Assembly (NCBI GenBank): GCA_010356995.1
Contig: ML996695.1
Span: 753,061 to 817,060, forward strand
Length of the DNA stretch: 64,000 bases
Direction of reading: 5' to 3'
Source of the DNA: Trichodelitschia bisporula
Lineage: Eukaryota
Part shown: positions 1 to 10,034 of the stretch, one piece after another
How positions within the stretch are numbered: position 1 is the first letter of the stretch
Layout of the letters: each line of letters begins with the position of its first letter
Translations under genes and position numbers: made by a program
The notes under the pieces: generated by a model
Told to the model about the DNA's origin: nothing
The model's input: only the letters and a program-made list of their open reading frames with translations
Database searches by the model: none

Positions 1-642
1 AAACGTCACGCCCAGGATTCCTAATGCGGTAGGAACATTGGCCGCCGCGCCCTGGCATTGTGAGCTCTCCGCCGGTGGTGCGATGCCTACGTACTTACAA
101 GACCTTGGAGGGCTCTGAAAATATCAAAGGCGATTTCATTTGGAGCAAATGGAAGAACGACCGTCCAGATTGTGAGCCAGACAGATCCGCAAATGAAGAT
201 GAGCCGTTTTCCAAAGCAATCGGCAATCCGACCCCAGAGGAGGAGAAAACAACCAAAGGGTAGGGCGTAGGCAGATACAATCCACTGCTGTCTGCTGTTT
301 GGGATGTTCAAATCCTTTCCGATACTCGGCAAGACTATCACGACGGCTTGGTTGCTCATAGTCTAATAGAGTCAGATAGCGCTGGACAATCCAGGATGGT
401 CATCTCACATTCAGAAAAGCAGCCCCGGTGAGTGTAAAAACAAGAGCAAGTAACCGTGCCCTAGAAAATGGAAGTTTATCCCGAGCTCCATCATCGCATG
501 AGGCTTCATCCGCTGACTGGCTCGGAGCCGCAACCTTGAGATCAGTTGCATTTTGCTCTAAGTCGACATCAACATCAACGATATCGCTCTTATGGTGATC
601 ATTGACATGTTCTGAAGGCCTAAACTCCTTATCCATGGTCAT
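1..642 (-). CDS. MFS drug/H+ antiporter-type transporter, 5' part (gene runs off the window start)
   Basis: Exons 642-409, 362-99 and ~51-1, with GTGAGA and GTAAGT donors. Translation has hydrophobic helices, 'WIVSAYALPFGCFLLLWGRIADCFGKR' (MFS motif A-like) and 'FRALQGLGAAANVPTALGILG'. Confidence 0.88.
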
Positions 643-1412
643 ATAGGAAAGTTAGAATAAAATTTCTGATTTTGCATCTTTCTTCGGACATGGCCGCTAC
701 TTTTAAGGACTCGCCCTCGCCCACCCCCCCATCCGATATGCCATGCATCAGAGCCATCGCGTAATGCACGCAGAGTGCGGATTGATGCCGCGCCGGCACA
801 CGCAAGGTGCCGTCATGCAGCCAACTGACGGGAAATAGATGCAAAAGGCGGCTAAACTCCAAGTGCTGCAGCCGACAGCGGCGGTCTCGATAGTCGCGGG
901 ACCAAACGAGGTCAAAGACCCATGCCCAAAGGTGGCAAGGCGGTGGGGCCTTTGGGGTTTAGCCGCCAGTTTACCGCTTGTGAGTGCATGATTAGTGGAT
1001 GACGCCAAACAGACGCGCAGAGGCGACTACGGGTGATGGCTTTTGGCCGAATGGAAGTCCAGAAAGTCGGATGAAACGGCATCTTCAAAATCTTGGACAT
1101 GAGGTCGCCTTGGATCAGGGGCATCCATCCAGGGCTCGAACTAGAACTAATACGGTAGAGGGAAATGTCATTGCGCTGAACTCGCGCTAAGTCAAAGAGG
1201 GGAGGCTGCTACAACTTTTTGGTCCAGATCAGTTTGTTCCCATTGGATGCATCTTCAGGGCTGCAAATCAAGGGCCTCCCGTGCCACCTGAGAATATCGC
1301 GGCCACTCCAATCCGCAAAACCTCCCATGAAAGGCGGCTACGACTTTTTTTCAGGTGGCGCTTGGACGGAGCGAGTGTGAAGAATCGCACGAAATCATGA
1401 CCTTTGAATGTA

Positions 1413-1421
1413 TCACGTGAC
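1413..1421. promoter_or_regulatory. E-box TCACGTGAC (bHLH Cbf1/SREBP-type site) about 170 nt upstream of the BBP ATG
   Basis: Exact palindromic TCACGTGA in the divergent promoter region; function is inferred only. Confidence 0.3.
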
Positions 1422-1587
1422 GCCAAGCTTCATGTCACTCTTTCCTGCAGTATAGCTGGCGTTCCGCCCGCCCCTCTCTCCTCCTCGACCTCAACCCCCA
1501 ATTCTCCATCGTACTCACTAACTCGCCATCAACCCTACCTCTCCATTTCGCACCACCTAGCCATCCCAACACATCCCAACCGTCGTT

Positions 1588-3521
1588 ATGGCATGGCGTG
1601 GTGCTCAAGGAATTACCGGGTCCAACAACATACCTCTCGGCAATCGTCGGCGTTTTGGCGGAGACGACTCGATTGAAAGCGAAACTCCTCCCCCGCCGTC
1701 CATCGGCGAGAAGCGCGGCCGTAGCCCGGTTCGCGACGTCAAGAGTGAAGGCGGCCAGCGTCGGAAGAAGCGCAACCGATGGGGCGACGCGAGCGAGAAC
1801 AAGGCGGCCGGTCTGATGGGTCTGCCCACGGCTGTCATGGCACACATGACTAGCGAACAGCTTGATGCCTATGTGCTCTACCTGCGCATCGAAGAGATCA
1901 GCCAAAAGCTGCGCATCAACGAGGTTGTGCCTGCAGATGGTGACCGATCTCCCTCGCCGCCGCCCCAGTACGACAACTTCGGTCGTCGCGTCAACACCCG
2001 CGAGTCTCGCTACCGCAAGCGTCTCGAAGATGAGCGCCACAAACTTGTCGAGAAGGCAATGAAGACGATTCCGAAGTACAACCCGCCGCCAGACTACCGT
2101 CGGCCCACCAAGACGCAGGAGAAAGTCTACGTGCCTGTCAATGACTACCCAGAGATTAACTTCAGTATGATTGCTAACCCTCGATTCCATCCTAACTACA
2201 CATGGGATATCGCTGTTGCAGGCTGATATCTCCCCCTTCTTTTTATAAATGGCAAACACTAACACATGGGCTTCTTTGCTACTAACAGTTGGTCTCTTGA
2301 TCGGCCCCCGTGGCAATACACTCAAGAAGATGGAGGGCGAGTCCGGTGCCAAAATTGCCATTCGCGGCAAAGGCTCCGTTAAGGAGGGCAAGGGCCGTTC
2401 TGACGCCGCTCACACCAGCAACCAGGAAGAAGACTTGCACTGTCTAATCATGGCCGACACCGAGGAGAAGGTCAACAAGGCGAAGAAACTGATCAACAAC
2501 ATCATCGAGACGGTACTTAATCTCTCTTTCCTCCTTTCAAATACTAATTCTTGACCAGGCTGCGTCCATCCCGGAGGGCCAGAACGAGCTCAAACGCAAC
2601 CAACTTCGCGAGCTTGCTGCACTGAACGGAACGCTGCGTGATGACGAGAATCAAGCATGCCAGAATTGTACGTGGCCTCTCTACTAGGCGAGCTTGGCTA
2701 ACGAGACAGGTGGTCAAATCGGACATCGCAAGTACGACTGTCCGGAGCAACGGAACTTCACTGCAAACATCATCTGCCGTGTCTGCGGCAACGCCGGCCA
2801 CATGGCGCGTGACTGCCCCGACCGCCAGCGCGGAACGGACTGGCGCGGCGGCGATCGTGGTGTTGGTGGTGGTCCTCGCCCTGCGGGACGCATCGGGCCC
2901 GCGGACGTGGTCGACCGCGAGCTCGAGTCGCTCATGCACGAAATCTCCGGAGGCGTGTCTTCAGGTGGTGCGCAGCAGCTTCTGGAGTCGGGCCAGGGCC
3001 GTCACGACATGCCGCGCGACGACGCCAAGCCATGGGAGCGCCCTCCGCCTGGTGGTCCTGCGCCGTGGACGCAGCCTCGTAACGACCGTGATGCTGGCAG
3101 TGCTGCCCCTCCGTGGGCGTCGGCCAGCGGAGCTGGTCGTGGCGATACCTACGGTTATAACCAACAACCTGCTGGGTACAACATTCCTGCCGCAGCACAG
3201 TGGCAGGCTGCTGCCCCTCCCGTGGCTCCTGGTTACGATGCGTATGCTGCATATGGCTACAACGCTGCTCCTGGCGCCTATGGTGCCGCTCCCGGCGCTC
3301 CGGGTGCCATACCCCCTGGAATGCCTAGCATGCCTTCATACATGAACTACGGTAGTGCAACGATCCCTCCGCCTCCTCCGCCTTCCGGTGCTCCTCCTCC
3401 GCCCCCTCCAGGTGATGCCCCGCCTCCTCCTGTAAGTGCTCTCTGCATAATGGAAGATGAACAACTACTGACGAAGCAGCCACCGAATGACCAGCCCCCA
3501 CCGCCTCCTCCGGGCATGTAA
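1588..3521 (+). CDS. MSL5: Branchpoint-bridging protein / splicing factor 1 (KH-QUA2, two CCHC zinc knuckles, Pro-rich tail)
   Basis: Exons 1588-2164, 2289-2512, 2559-2667, 2710-3431, 3480-3521. Motifs: ULM 'RKKRNRW', '[10 protein letters not shown]', KH '[15 protein letters not shown]...IRGKGS', [28 protein letters not shown]. Confidence 0.97.
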
Positions 3522-4092
3522 GCGCGGCGACTGCAACTGACAATGGGTCTAGCACGGTTGCTAATTCCTGAGAGGATGCTGCAAGGTGGCTAAATTAACT
3601 AGGGACATTGTTTGAAAGGATGTTCGGTTGCCTGGCCTTAGGCCTGATCCTGCGGATACCTCTGGTTACTGACGGACTGATACGTTACTTTCCGACCTAG
3701 TTTTCCGCACGGTTGCGCCTCGAGATCAGCTGACTACTGTTGTGGCGAGGACTGACCTCCAATAAACGAGAAAGTGTTGTGCCGGAATCTAGTTAACGCG
3801 CAGGTCTCTCATGTGTATTACTACGTACAGCTCGTTTTGATTGAATATTGACGCGTTCTCTGCTATTATCTGATTGTCTGGGTGCTTGGTGTTAATGAGA
3901 TGTTCGAAAAGCGAGCAGAGAGCCCCACGGAAGCCGAAATTGTGCGCTTGATATCCCAGGAATCCCCACCTCATATTTTCCCATTGCACCATGTTCTCAC
4001 AAGTTCATCGCGCCGCCAATTTCTCCGTCCAGCGTCCGCGTACAAAAACTCATCAAAAATGGGAAAGCCACCTCGATTGAGGTGAGAAATTC

Positions 4093-4191
4093 GGTCTGAA
4101 CCGCGAGTCGAACGCGGGACCTCTTGCAGGCCAGTAGTTTACCGGGGTTCGGAAACCCTAAGCAAGAATCATACCACTAGACCATTCAGAC
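4093..4191 (-). tRNA. tRNA-Pro(AGG) with a 27-nt intron (4129-4155)
   Basis: Minus strand reads GTCTGAA-TGGTCTAGTGGTATGATT-CTTGC-TTAGGG-[intron]-T-GCAAG-AGGTC-CCGCGTTCGACTCGCGG-TTCAGAC-C. Acceptor, anticodon and T stems pair; mature length 72 nt; T5 runs downstream (plus-strand A5 at 4044-4048 and 4055-4059) can act as Pol III terminators. Confidence 0.95.
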
Positions 4192-4903
4192 ACCGAAGCT
4201 GATGGGGTGAGGTGAGGGCAACTTAAGTGAACAGAGTGGATCTGACGGAAACGCTGGAGGCACTGGAGACGGTAGAGGAAGGATGACAGGTTAGTTCTGG
4301 TGGATGGATGAGAATGTGCGTGAGACAAGGTGTGGCGGATGGAGTGAACGAGATGAGAAGAAGGGTGTTCTAATGTTGGAGTCAGAATCTGCTAGACCGG
4401 CTCCCTCTTAAAAGTACGGAATGACAACGAGCATGAAGTTCATCCGAGTGTAGCTATTAACTAGAACTACAATGCTCTTGTCCGGCCTCAGAAAATAAGC
4501 TTAACTTGATCCATCACCGAAGGTCACCAGTCAAACAAACCATCCAGTACATTTTCAATCTGTTTCTGATATCAATCTGCTTCTGCTTCAAACATCTAGC
4601 CTACGCTCCTTCCACGCCCCGTCAACTATTTCATTCTCAACGCCGAACGATGCATAGCAAAGAACTTTGTATTCTGGCCCTGCTTGCTCAACCAAGTTGA
4701 CAGAAAAGGGATTACGAGATGAAGGGAAAAAATCGAGCCATGGATGGTCAAGGAAACTGATGACAGGAGGTGAGAGACGCAGTGAGACCAAGGGCCAAGG
4801 GAAAAACACATGGGCATGTAGTAGGAGATAGATCCGGCAACGAAAAACCAAAGACAAATTGCGATAGAGATGGCCTCCCTCATCACCATTCCAAAACAAA
4901 AGC

Positions 4904-7654
4904 TTACACGGGCTTCCTCGCCCACCCGCTCAAATAGCGCCAACTCGCCCCCGTCCGCGCCCCTTCCTCCAGTGCCGCTGGCACACCCTCCAACAGCCGA
5001 TCTCCATCCCGGCCCATCTCGCGATGTAGCTTCAACATCCACCGCTCCCACGCCCAACTGCCCACAAGAGAGGTAACATGGCTTGCGTCGGCGGTGGTAC
5101 CAATTTCGGTACCACCACTCTCATATCCACTCTCGTAAGCATCCCGCCCGACCGGCCCGCCTGCCATTGGCAGTGCCAGCCACGCACGACGCACCTGCCC
5201 AAAACCAGCACGGCGCACGCGGGGGAGCCAGCTCTTCGTCGGCGCGGCGTCGTAGCCGCGCGTGCGGAGAGAGAAGCTGAATTCAACACCCAGGGCAGCA
5301 CAGCGTTGCCCGCCACCCACAATGTCGGCGTCTAGCATGGCAAACTCCAGGTAGCCGCCGGGTTTGAGCACGCGTAGGCACTCGCGGAGACACATGTCAT
5401 ACTCATCGATGGCCGGGGATTGCGGGTACATCATGCCGGCATCTGCTGCCGCGCTTGTCTTGTGAGTCTTGAGGTGCGCGAACAGGTTCCGGGCTGAGAC
5501 TACATCGAAGTAGCAGTCTTCGTAGGGAAGATCCCACAGGCTCGAGATGTGCATTGCTGTGTGGTTATCCGGGCCCGCAATTCCGTTGCTGGCTTCGTGC
5601 TCACGCTCGTCTGTGTAGACGGTGTAGATGTCGGCACTTGGATGTTCCATTGCCACTTGCCATGCCCAGTCGCATGAGGCGTGTCCACCTAGATCGAGCA
5701 GCTTTGCGTCTGGCTTTCGCGCGAACGTGCGGCCTGTTGGAGATGTCAAAAGAGTGCCTCCATTGAGCATCTTGGCTGCCTCGAGGCTCCAAGCAACGGG
5801 CTTTATTTGCTCAAGGGCAGAACGCTCTTTTTGGGCAGTGAAAATGGCCTCAACACGCTCTTCTGGCAAATTGGACCACGTGCCACCGCCTGAAGTACCA
5901 TCTTCATTGCTTTCGGCGCCACTCTTTTTGGATCCAGCCTGGATACCCCATTCAGAAGTTGGCCGCATAGTACCCTTGCGCTCCGGGACTTTGAGCTCGT
6001 ACGTCGCATCCAGGTGCTGGACGTGATTCTCGAAAAGACATCGTCGGTCGAGTCGGAGCTTGTTGGAGCGCGTCTTGCGGTGCACAAATACGTCTCGTGC
6101 AGATTTCTTGTACTGAAGGTACTCGAAACCTCGAAGGAAGGTGTCCTCCTTTGGCGAATCTGGAGGGATCGTCGGGATGGAAGTGGTGGGGGACGTCTGC
6201 TTGGCTTCGGCAAACCGAACGGATTTTGGCGGGATCGAGATCACCGTTTCCGCGCTTGGAGACCTTGGAGCCCTTCGAGCCCGCCTAAAGGCGCTCCCGG
6301 GAATGGGTGGAAGTGGAGTGGTTGGTGGAGGGCTCATTGGAGGGTCTTCAGCCGTCGGTACAATACTAACATCTTGTGAGATGAGCCACATTGCAGTGCG
6401 GTCAAGATGCTCGTTTGCTGACTGGAGCCGTTTCTGTTCGTAGCTCTCGTCGTAGTCCGAAGCTGTAGAGATTGGGGGTGGTAAGGGGTCCTGCACACTG
6501 TTTTCTGCTTGATTTGGTGCAGGCTGGGGGATTTTGATTGCTGTGGGAGGGCCGTCTGATACCTCGTCGTCATCTGGGCGCTTTGTTATGTACCGCTCTG
6601 GGATCGCGGGTACCGGTGGCGCATACTGAACGGAGGCTTTGATCCATGGAACGCCGTAAAATTGTTCGGCAGTGGAAGTCGAAGGTCCGTCCGACTGGCC
6701 GGGAAACCACGTGGTGCGGCTACTCGGCTCCAGTGAGGAAAAGAAGCCTCCAGGTGATGGGACAGTGAGGGCCGACAACTCGGTGTCGGTTGCCGGTTCG
6801 CTTGGGGTAATGTTCACCTGGTCGGTTGATATTCGGACGCTGGGTCGAAATCGTGAGACCTCTTGCATCTCGGAAGAGATGTGAACGGGCGAAGAATTGT
6901 TGGACTGTGCCGCCGTGAGGCATGCCAAGGTTTGGAGCGCATCCGGATGCAGTTGAACTGGGGAAAACCAGCCGCCCCTACTCTGTTGCTCGTCCGGTGT
7001 CAACTCTGGGGTTTGCTGTTGCAGTCCTTCCAGCCAGTCTTGGCTGATTTCTTGCTTGCCCGGGTCAAGGTCTGGGGTGGCGGGACAGCTCATGGGATTG
7101 GACTGCTCCTCCGACGTAAAGCTTTCATTGTCGAGTGACGGAGCTCGACTGCCGTAAAACCGCTGGGAAGCCAGATGGTTGAGTGCTCGCGGACTGGGAC
7201 TCGCAATCATGGGCGAGATGAGGTTCGGGGAGAGTAAGGTAGCGTCGTTTGGCTTTTGATGATTGTGGATTGTGGGCCAATGCGAAGGGGATGGGATGAT
7301 AAGAGACGGGAATCGCCTCGGCGTCTCTGGCGTGAGGTTGGGATCGGGATCCATGGGAGGGGAGAACTGGATCTTGATTTCGTCGACCTCGTCATCCGTC
7401 ACATCGTACAGATCGTTGAAATCGGTACGGGACATTTCTTTGTTCAAGGAGATGGGAAAGGCGTGCTTCTCAGCGTCGGCTGGCGAAGCATCCATGATGG
7501 TAGAGAGCGTGCGGAAGCTGCGAGGAGAGTGCATCATGACGAACTGCTGAAGCACCTGAGGCTCGTCTTCGATTATGGTATTACGAGAGTGCCCCAATTC
7601 CAGCGGAGGCCTGAGGTGACGAAGGTGGGGTTGAGGATGAAGATCCGACGACAT
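4904..7654 (-). CDS. 916-aa protein with a long Ser/Pro-rich N-terminus and a C-terminal class I SAM-dependent methyltransferase domain
   Basis: Single long ORF. C-terminal motifs 'LLDLGG', 'LPYEDCYFDVVSAR' and 'ECLRVLKPGGYLEF'. Confidence 0.85.
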   Translation of the reverse strand: MSSDLHPQPHLRHLRPPLELGHSRNTIIEDEPQVLQQFVMMHSPRSFRTLSTIMDASPADAEKHAFPISLNKEMSRTDFNDLYDVTDDEVDEIKIQFSPPMDPDPNLTPETPRRFPSLIIPSPSHWPTIHNHQKPNDATLLSPNLISPMIASPSPRALNHLASQRFYGSRAPSLDNESFTSEEQSNPMSCPATPDLDPGKQEISQDWLEGLQQQTPELTPDEQQSRGGWFSPVQLHPDALQTLACLTAAQSNNSSPVHISSEMQEVSRFRPSVRISTDQVNITPSEPATDTELSALTVPSPGGFFSSLEPSSRTTWFPGQSDGPSTSTAEQFYGVPWIKASVQYAPPVPAIPERYITKRPDDDEVSDGPPTAIKIPQPAPNQAENSVQDPLPPPISTASDYDESYEQKRLQSANEHLDRTAMWLISQDVSIVPTAEDPPMSPPPTTPLPPIPGSAFRRARRAPRSPSAETVISIPPKSVRFAEAKQTSPTTSIPTIPPDSPKEDTFLRGFEYLQYKKSARDVFVHRKTRSNKLRLDRRCLFENHVQHLDATYELKVPERKGTMRPTSEWGIQAGSKKSGAESNEDGTSGGGTWSNLPEERVEAIFTAQKERSALEQIKPVAWSLEAAKMLNGGTLLTSPTGRTFARKPDAKLLDLGGHASCDWAWQVAMEHPSADIYTVYTDEREHEASNGIAGPDNHTAMHISSLWDLPYEDCYFDVVSARNLFAHLKTHKTSAAADAGMMYPQSPAIDEYDMCLRECLRVLKPGGYLEFAMLDADIVGGGQRCAALGVEFSFSLRTRGYDAAPTKSWLPRVRRAGFGQVRRAWLALPMAGGPVGRDAYESGYESGGTEIGTTADASHVTSLVGSWAWERWMLKLHREMGRDGDRLLEGVPAALEEGARTGASWRYLSGWARKPV

Positions 7655-7920
7655 TTGGGGAACTTTTTGTTTGGTGGTTTTCTGTGGTTCTTTTGGTGTG
7701 ATCGGGGGGATGTGGAATTACAAAGTTCTATTGAATTAGTAGGTTGTATTTAACGAAGGGTGTTGCAGCTGGTCAACAGCTCGCGAACACTGTATGAGAG
7801 CCCTTTCGATCAACGACGGGCTTTTGGAAGCGAAGGATTAAAAGCAGCAAAGACGAAGAAACACGGGATTTACTGGGAAGAATTTGGGCGGAGAGGGAAG
7901 AGAATGGGGATATATCAGGC

Positions 7921-7922
<2 letters not shown>

Positions 7923-7958
<36 letters not shown>
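7923..7958. repeat. G36 homopolymer
   Basis: 36 consecutive G read directly. Confidence 0.95.
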
Positions 7959-7959
<1 letters not shown>

Positions 7960-9125
7960 GTTGATCGAAAGGACATCGGATGACGATTGGCGATGGCTTG
8001 CTTCGAAGCGCCGGACAGGGGTCTATTCAGAGCGTGGGCTTGCAGTGGATGGTGAGCAGCAATTGGCCGGTGAGTGCCCCGCCAATCCCACATTTGTCCA
8101 ATGAGCCTTCCGTATACTACCCAGGCGGCTACTGTACGGAAGGAACCGTCGGTCGTGACCTCTCCGATTGACCACAGCGGTTGAGCGGATTGGCTGTTGA
8201 AGTCTTGGGAAGAGCAAGCACCGGCCGAAGGAGAAGGCGCTGCCCCTCCCCATCGAGACCATGAGTCCATGTCTCTTTCCCCCAGAGGCGAAATATGGAG
8301 GAGACCTATCCGGTCTTTCCTGAAGCGGCCGGCGGTCTGGACTGCGGTTGCGATATGCGGTTGGCATTTGAGGCTGGGCCAAGGATACGGATACTTCGTA
8401 CGCAGCCGGGGTGGAGAAAGCGCTTTCCCATGTCGGAGCGCATTCACTCCATTGCTCTTGCCTTCGTGGCTCATCCCGTCTCATGTGGCAAGTGCGGTGG
8501 ACAGCAGCAGCCGCAGGAGAGAAGGAAGTTGCTCCGGAAAATCGACTGTTCCCCTCTCCCTCCTGCCGTACCGTATGACGCTTCCTTCTTCTTGCCAGTG
8601 CGTTTCCGAGAGCTCTTCTCAGCCACTGGTCGCTGTGCCACGCAACGGTCACGCTCCTCAATCGGACGCAACCATATCCGGATGCACTGCCACCGTCTGT
8701 CTAGCCCTACGAGGGAAGAATAATGGCCAGTGTTTTGAGAGCAAACCCAATTTGCGACTTCTGCCTGGTCATTGCCGCCGTGCTTTCAACTCTTGTTCAG
8801 CGTTGTTGGGAATGGCCGGGTTCGGAATGAAATGGGAGGAGCACGAAGAGACAGGGAAAACTATGGGGTGGAGCTTTTCCGCCCCGGCATCCCGTCACAC
8901 CAGCCCATCTGCCAATATCACGGGCGCCTAAGCCCTGCCGACGAAGCCTCTCTCTCTCCCCTCCACCACCACTCCACACACTCCACCTCCACCCTCTGCC
9001 CGAACCCCTTCTACTGTACGGATACTGTACCGGTACAGTAATCCCATATTCCTAGTCGGGCGCTCGTGTTCGCTGCCACTACGCAAAAGCCATCGCAGCC
9101 GCGTGATTTTCAGAGTTCGCATAAA

Positions 9126-10034
9126 ATGTCTCCGCCTGCCATAATAGCGCCTTCCATTCTTTCGGCCGACTTCGGGAACCTCGGAAAGGCCTGCATCGAC
9201 ACCATGGACCATGGCGCCGACTGGTTGCATGTGGATATCATGGACGGCCACTTCGTGCCGAACATGACCTTTGGCGCACCCATTGTAACCAAGATCAGAG
9301 AGCGTGTCGCGCCCCCAGGACAACCTCTCGGCAAGGGCACGTTTGATTGCCATATGATGATAGCGGAGGTCAGCGCCCTGTATTTTGCTGGCTAGTCCCG
9401 TGGTGTTCTTTTGACTTGTCCGTTTGATGCTTCTTTTCGCCTTCTCTGGCTGTTCATAGTGCTAACCCTCCTACGCAGCCGCACAGATGGGTCAAGGACT
9501 TTAAAAGCGCTGGCTGTGATCTGTATTGCTTTCACTACGAAGCTGCCATCAATTCAACGGCGGCAGAAACACCCTTTGACAAGTCGGATGAGCGCACCAG
9601 CCCGATCAAGTTGATCCGCTACATCCACTCGCTCGGCATGAAGGCTGGCATCGCCATCAAGCCCTCGACCCCAGTAGACGTCCTATGGCCCATTCTCGCA
9701 ACCGAGTCTGCAGACGAGCGACCCGATGTGCGTGTTCTGTTCTCATATATGTTTTTCTTAACTAACTGGCTAGATGGTACTTGTTATGACCGTCGAGCCC
9801 GGCTTCGGTGGGCAATCCTTCATGGCCTCAGAGCTCCCCAAGGTGTCCGCCCTGCGCGCTCGCTACCCGGACCTCAACATTGAAGTCGACGGTGGCCTGT
9901 CAGAAAAGACCATCGACCAAGCCGCCGACGCGGGCGCGAACGTCATCGTCGCCGGCAGCGCTGTCTTCGGCGCCAAGGACCCTGCAGAAGTAATTCGCAA
10001 GTTGCGGGAGGCGGTGGAGCGCCGGCGCTCATGA
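9126..10034 (+). CDS. RPE1: D-ribulose-5-phosphate 3-epimerase
   Basis: Exons 9126-9368, 9479-9727, 9774-10034. Motifs '[10 protein letters not shown]', '[13 protein letters not shown]', 'FDCHMM', '[10 protein letters not shown]', 'IEVDGG', 'VAGSAVF'. Confidence 0.97.

Noticed and set aside
1435..2391. 318-aa minus-strand ORF, and similar long antisense ORFs at 20927-22084, 23818-24498 and 48335-49141
   Set aside because: Shadow or alternative-frame ORFs over clearly identified GC-rich genes, with no motifs of their own.
7773..8931. Overlapping 200-240 aa ORFs on both strands between the methyltransferase gene and RPE1
   Set aside because: Mostly non-ATG starts, no recognisable motifs, and one merely translates the G36 tract; consistent with a divergent promoter region.
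9369..9478. Intronic snoRNA in the longer introns (RPE1 intron 1, TRS23 leader intron, 53297-53130)
   Set aside because: No paired C (RTGATGA) and D (CTGA) boxes or convincing H/ACA layout seen by eye; a covariance-model scan would be needed to exclude it fully.
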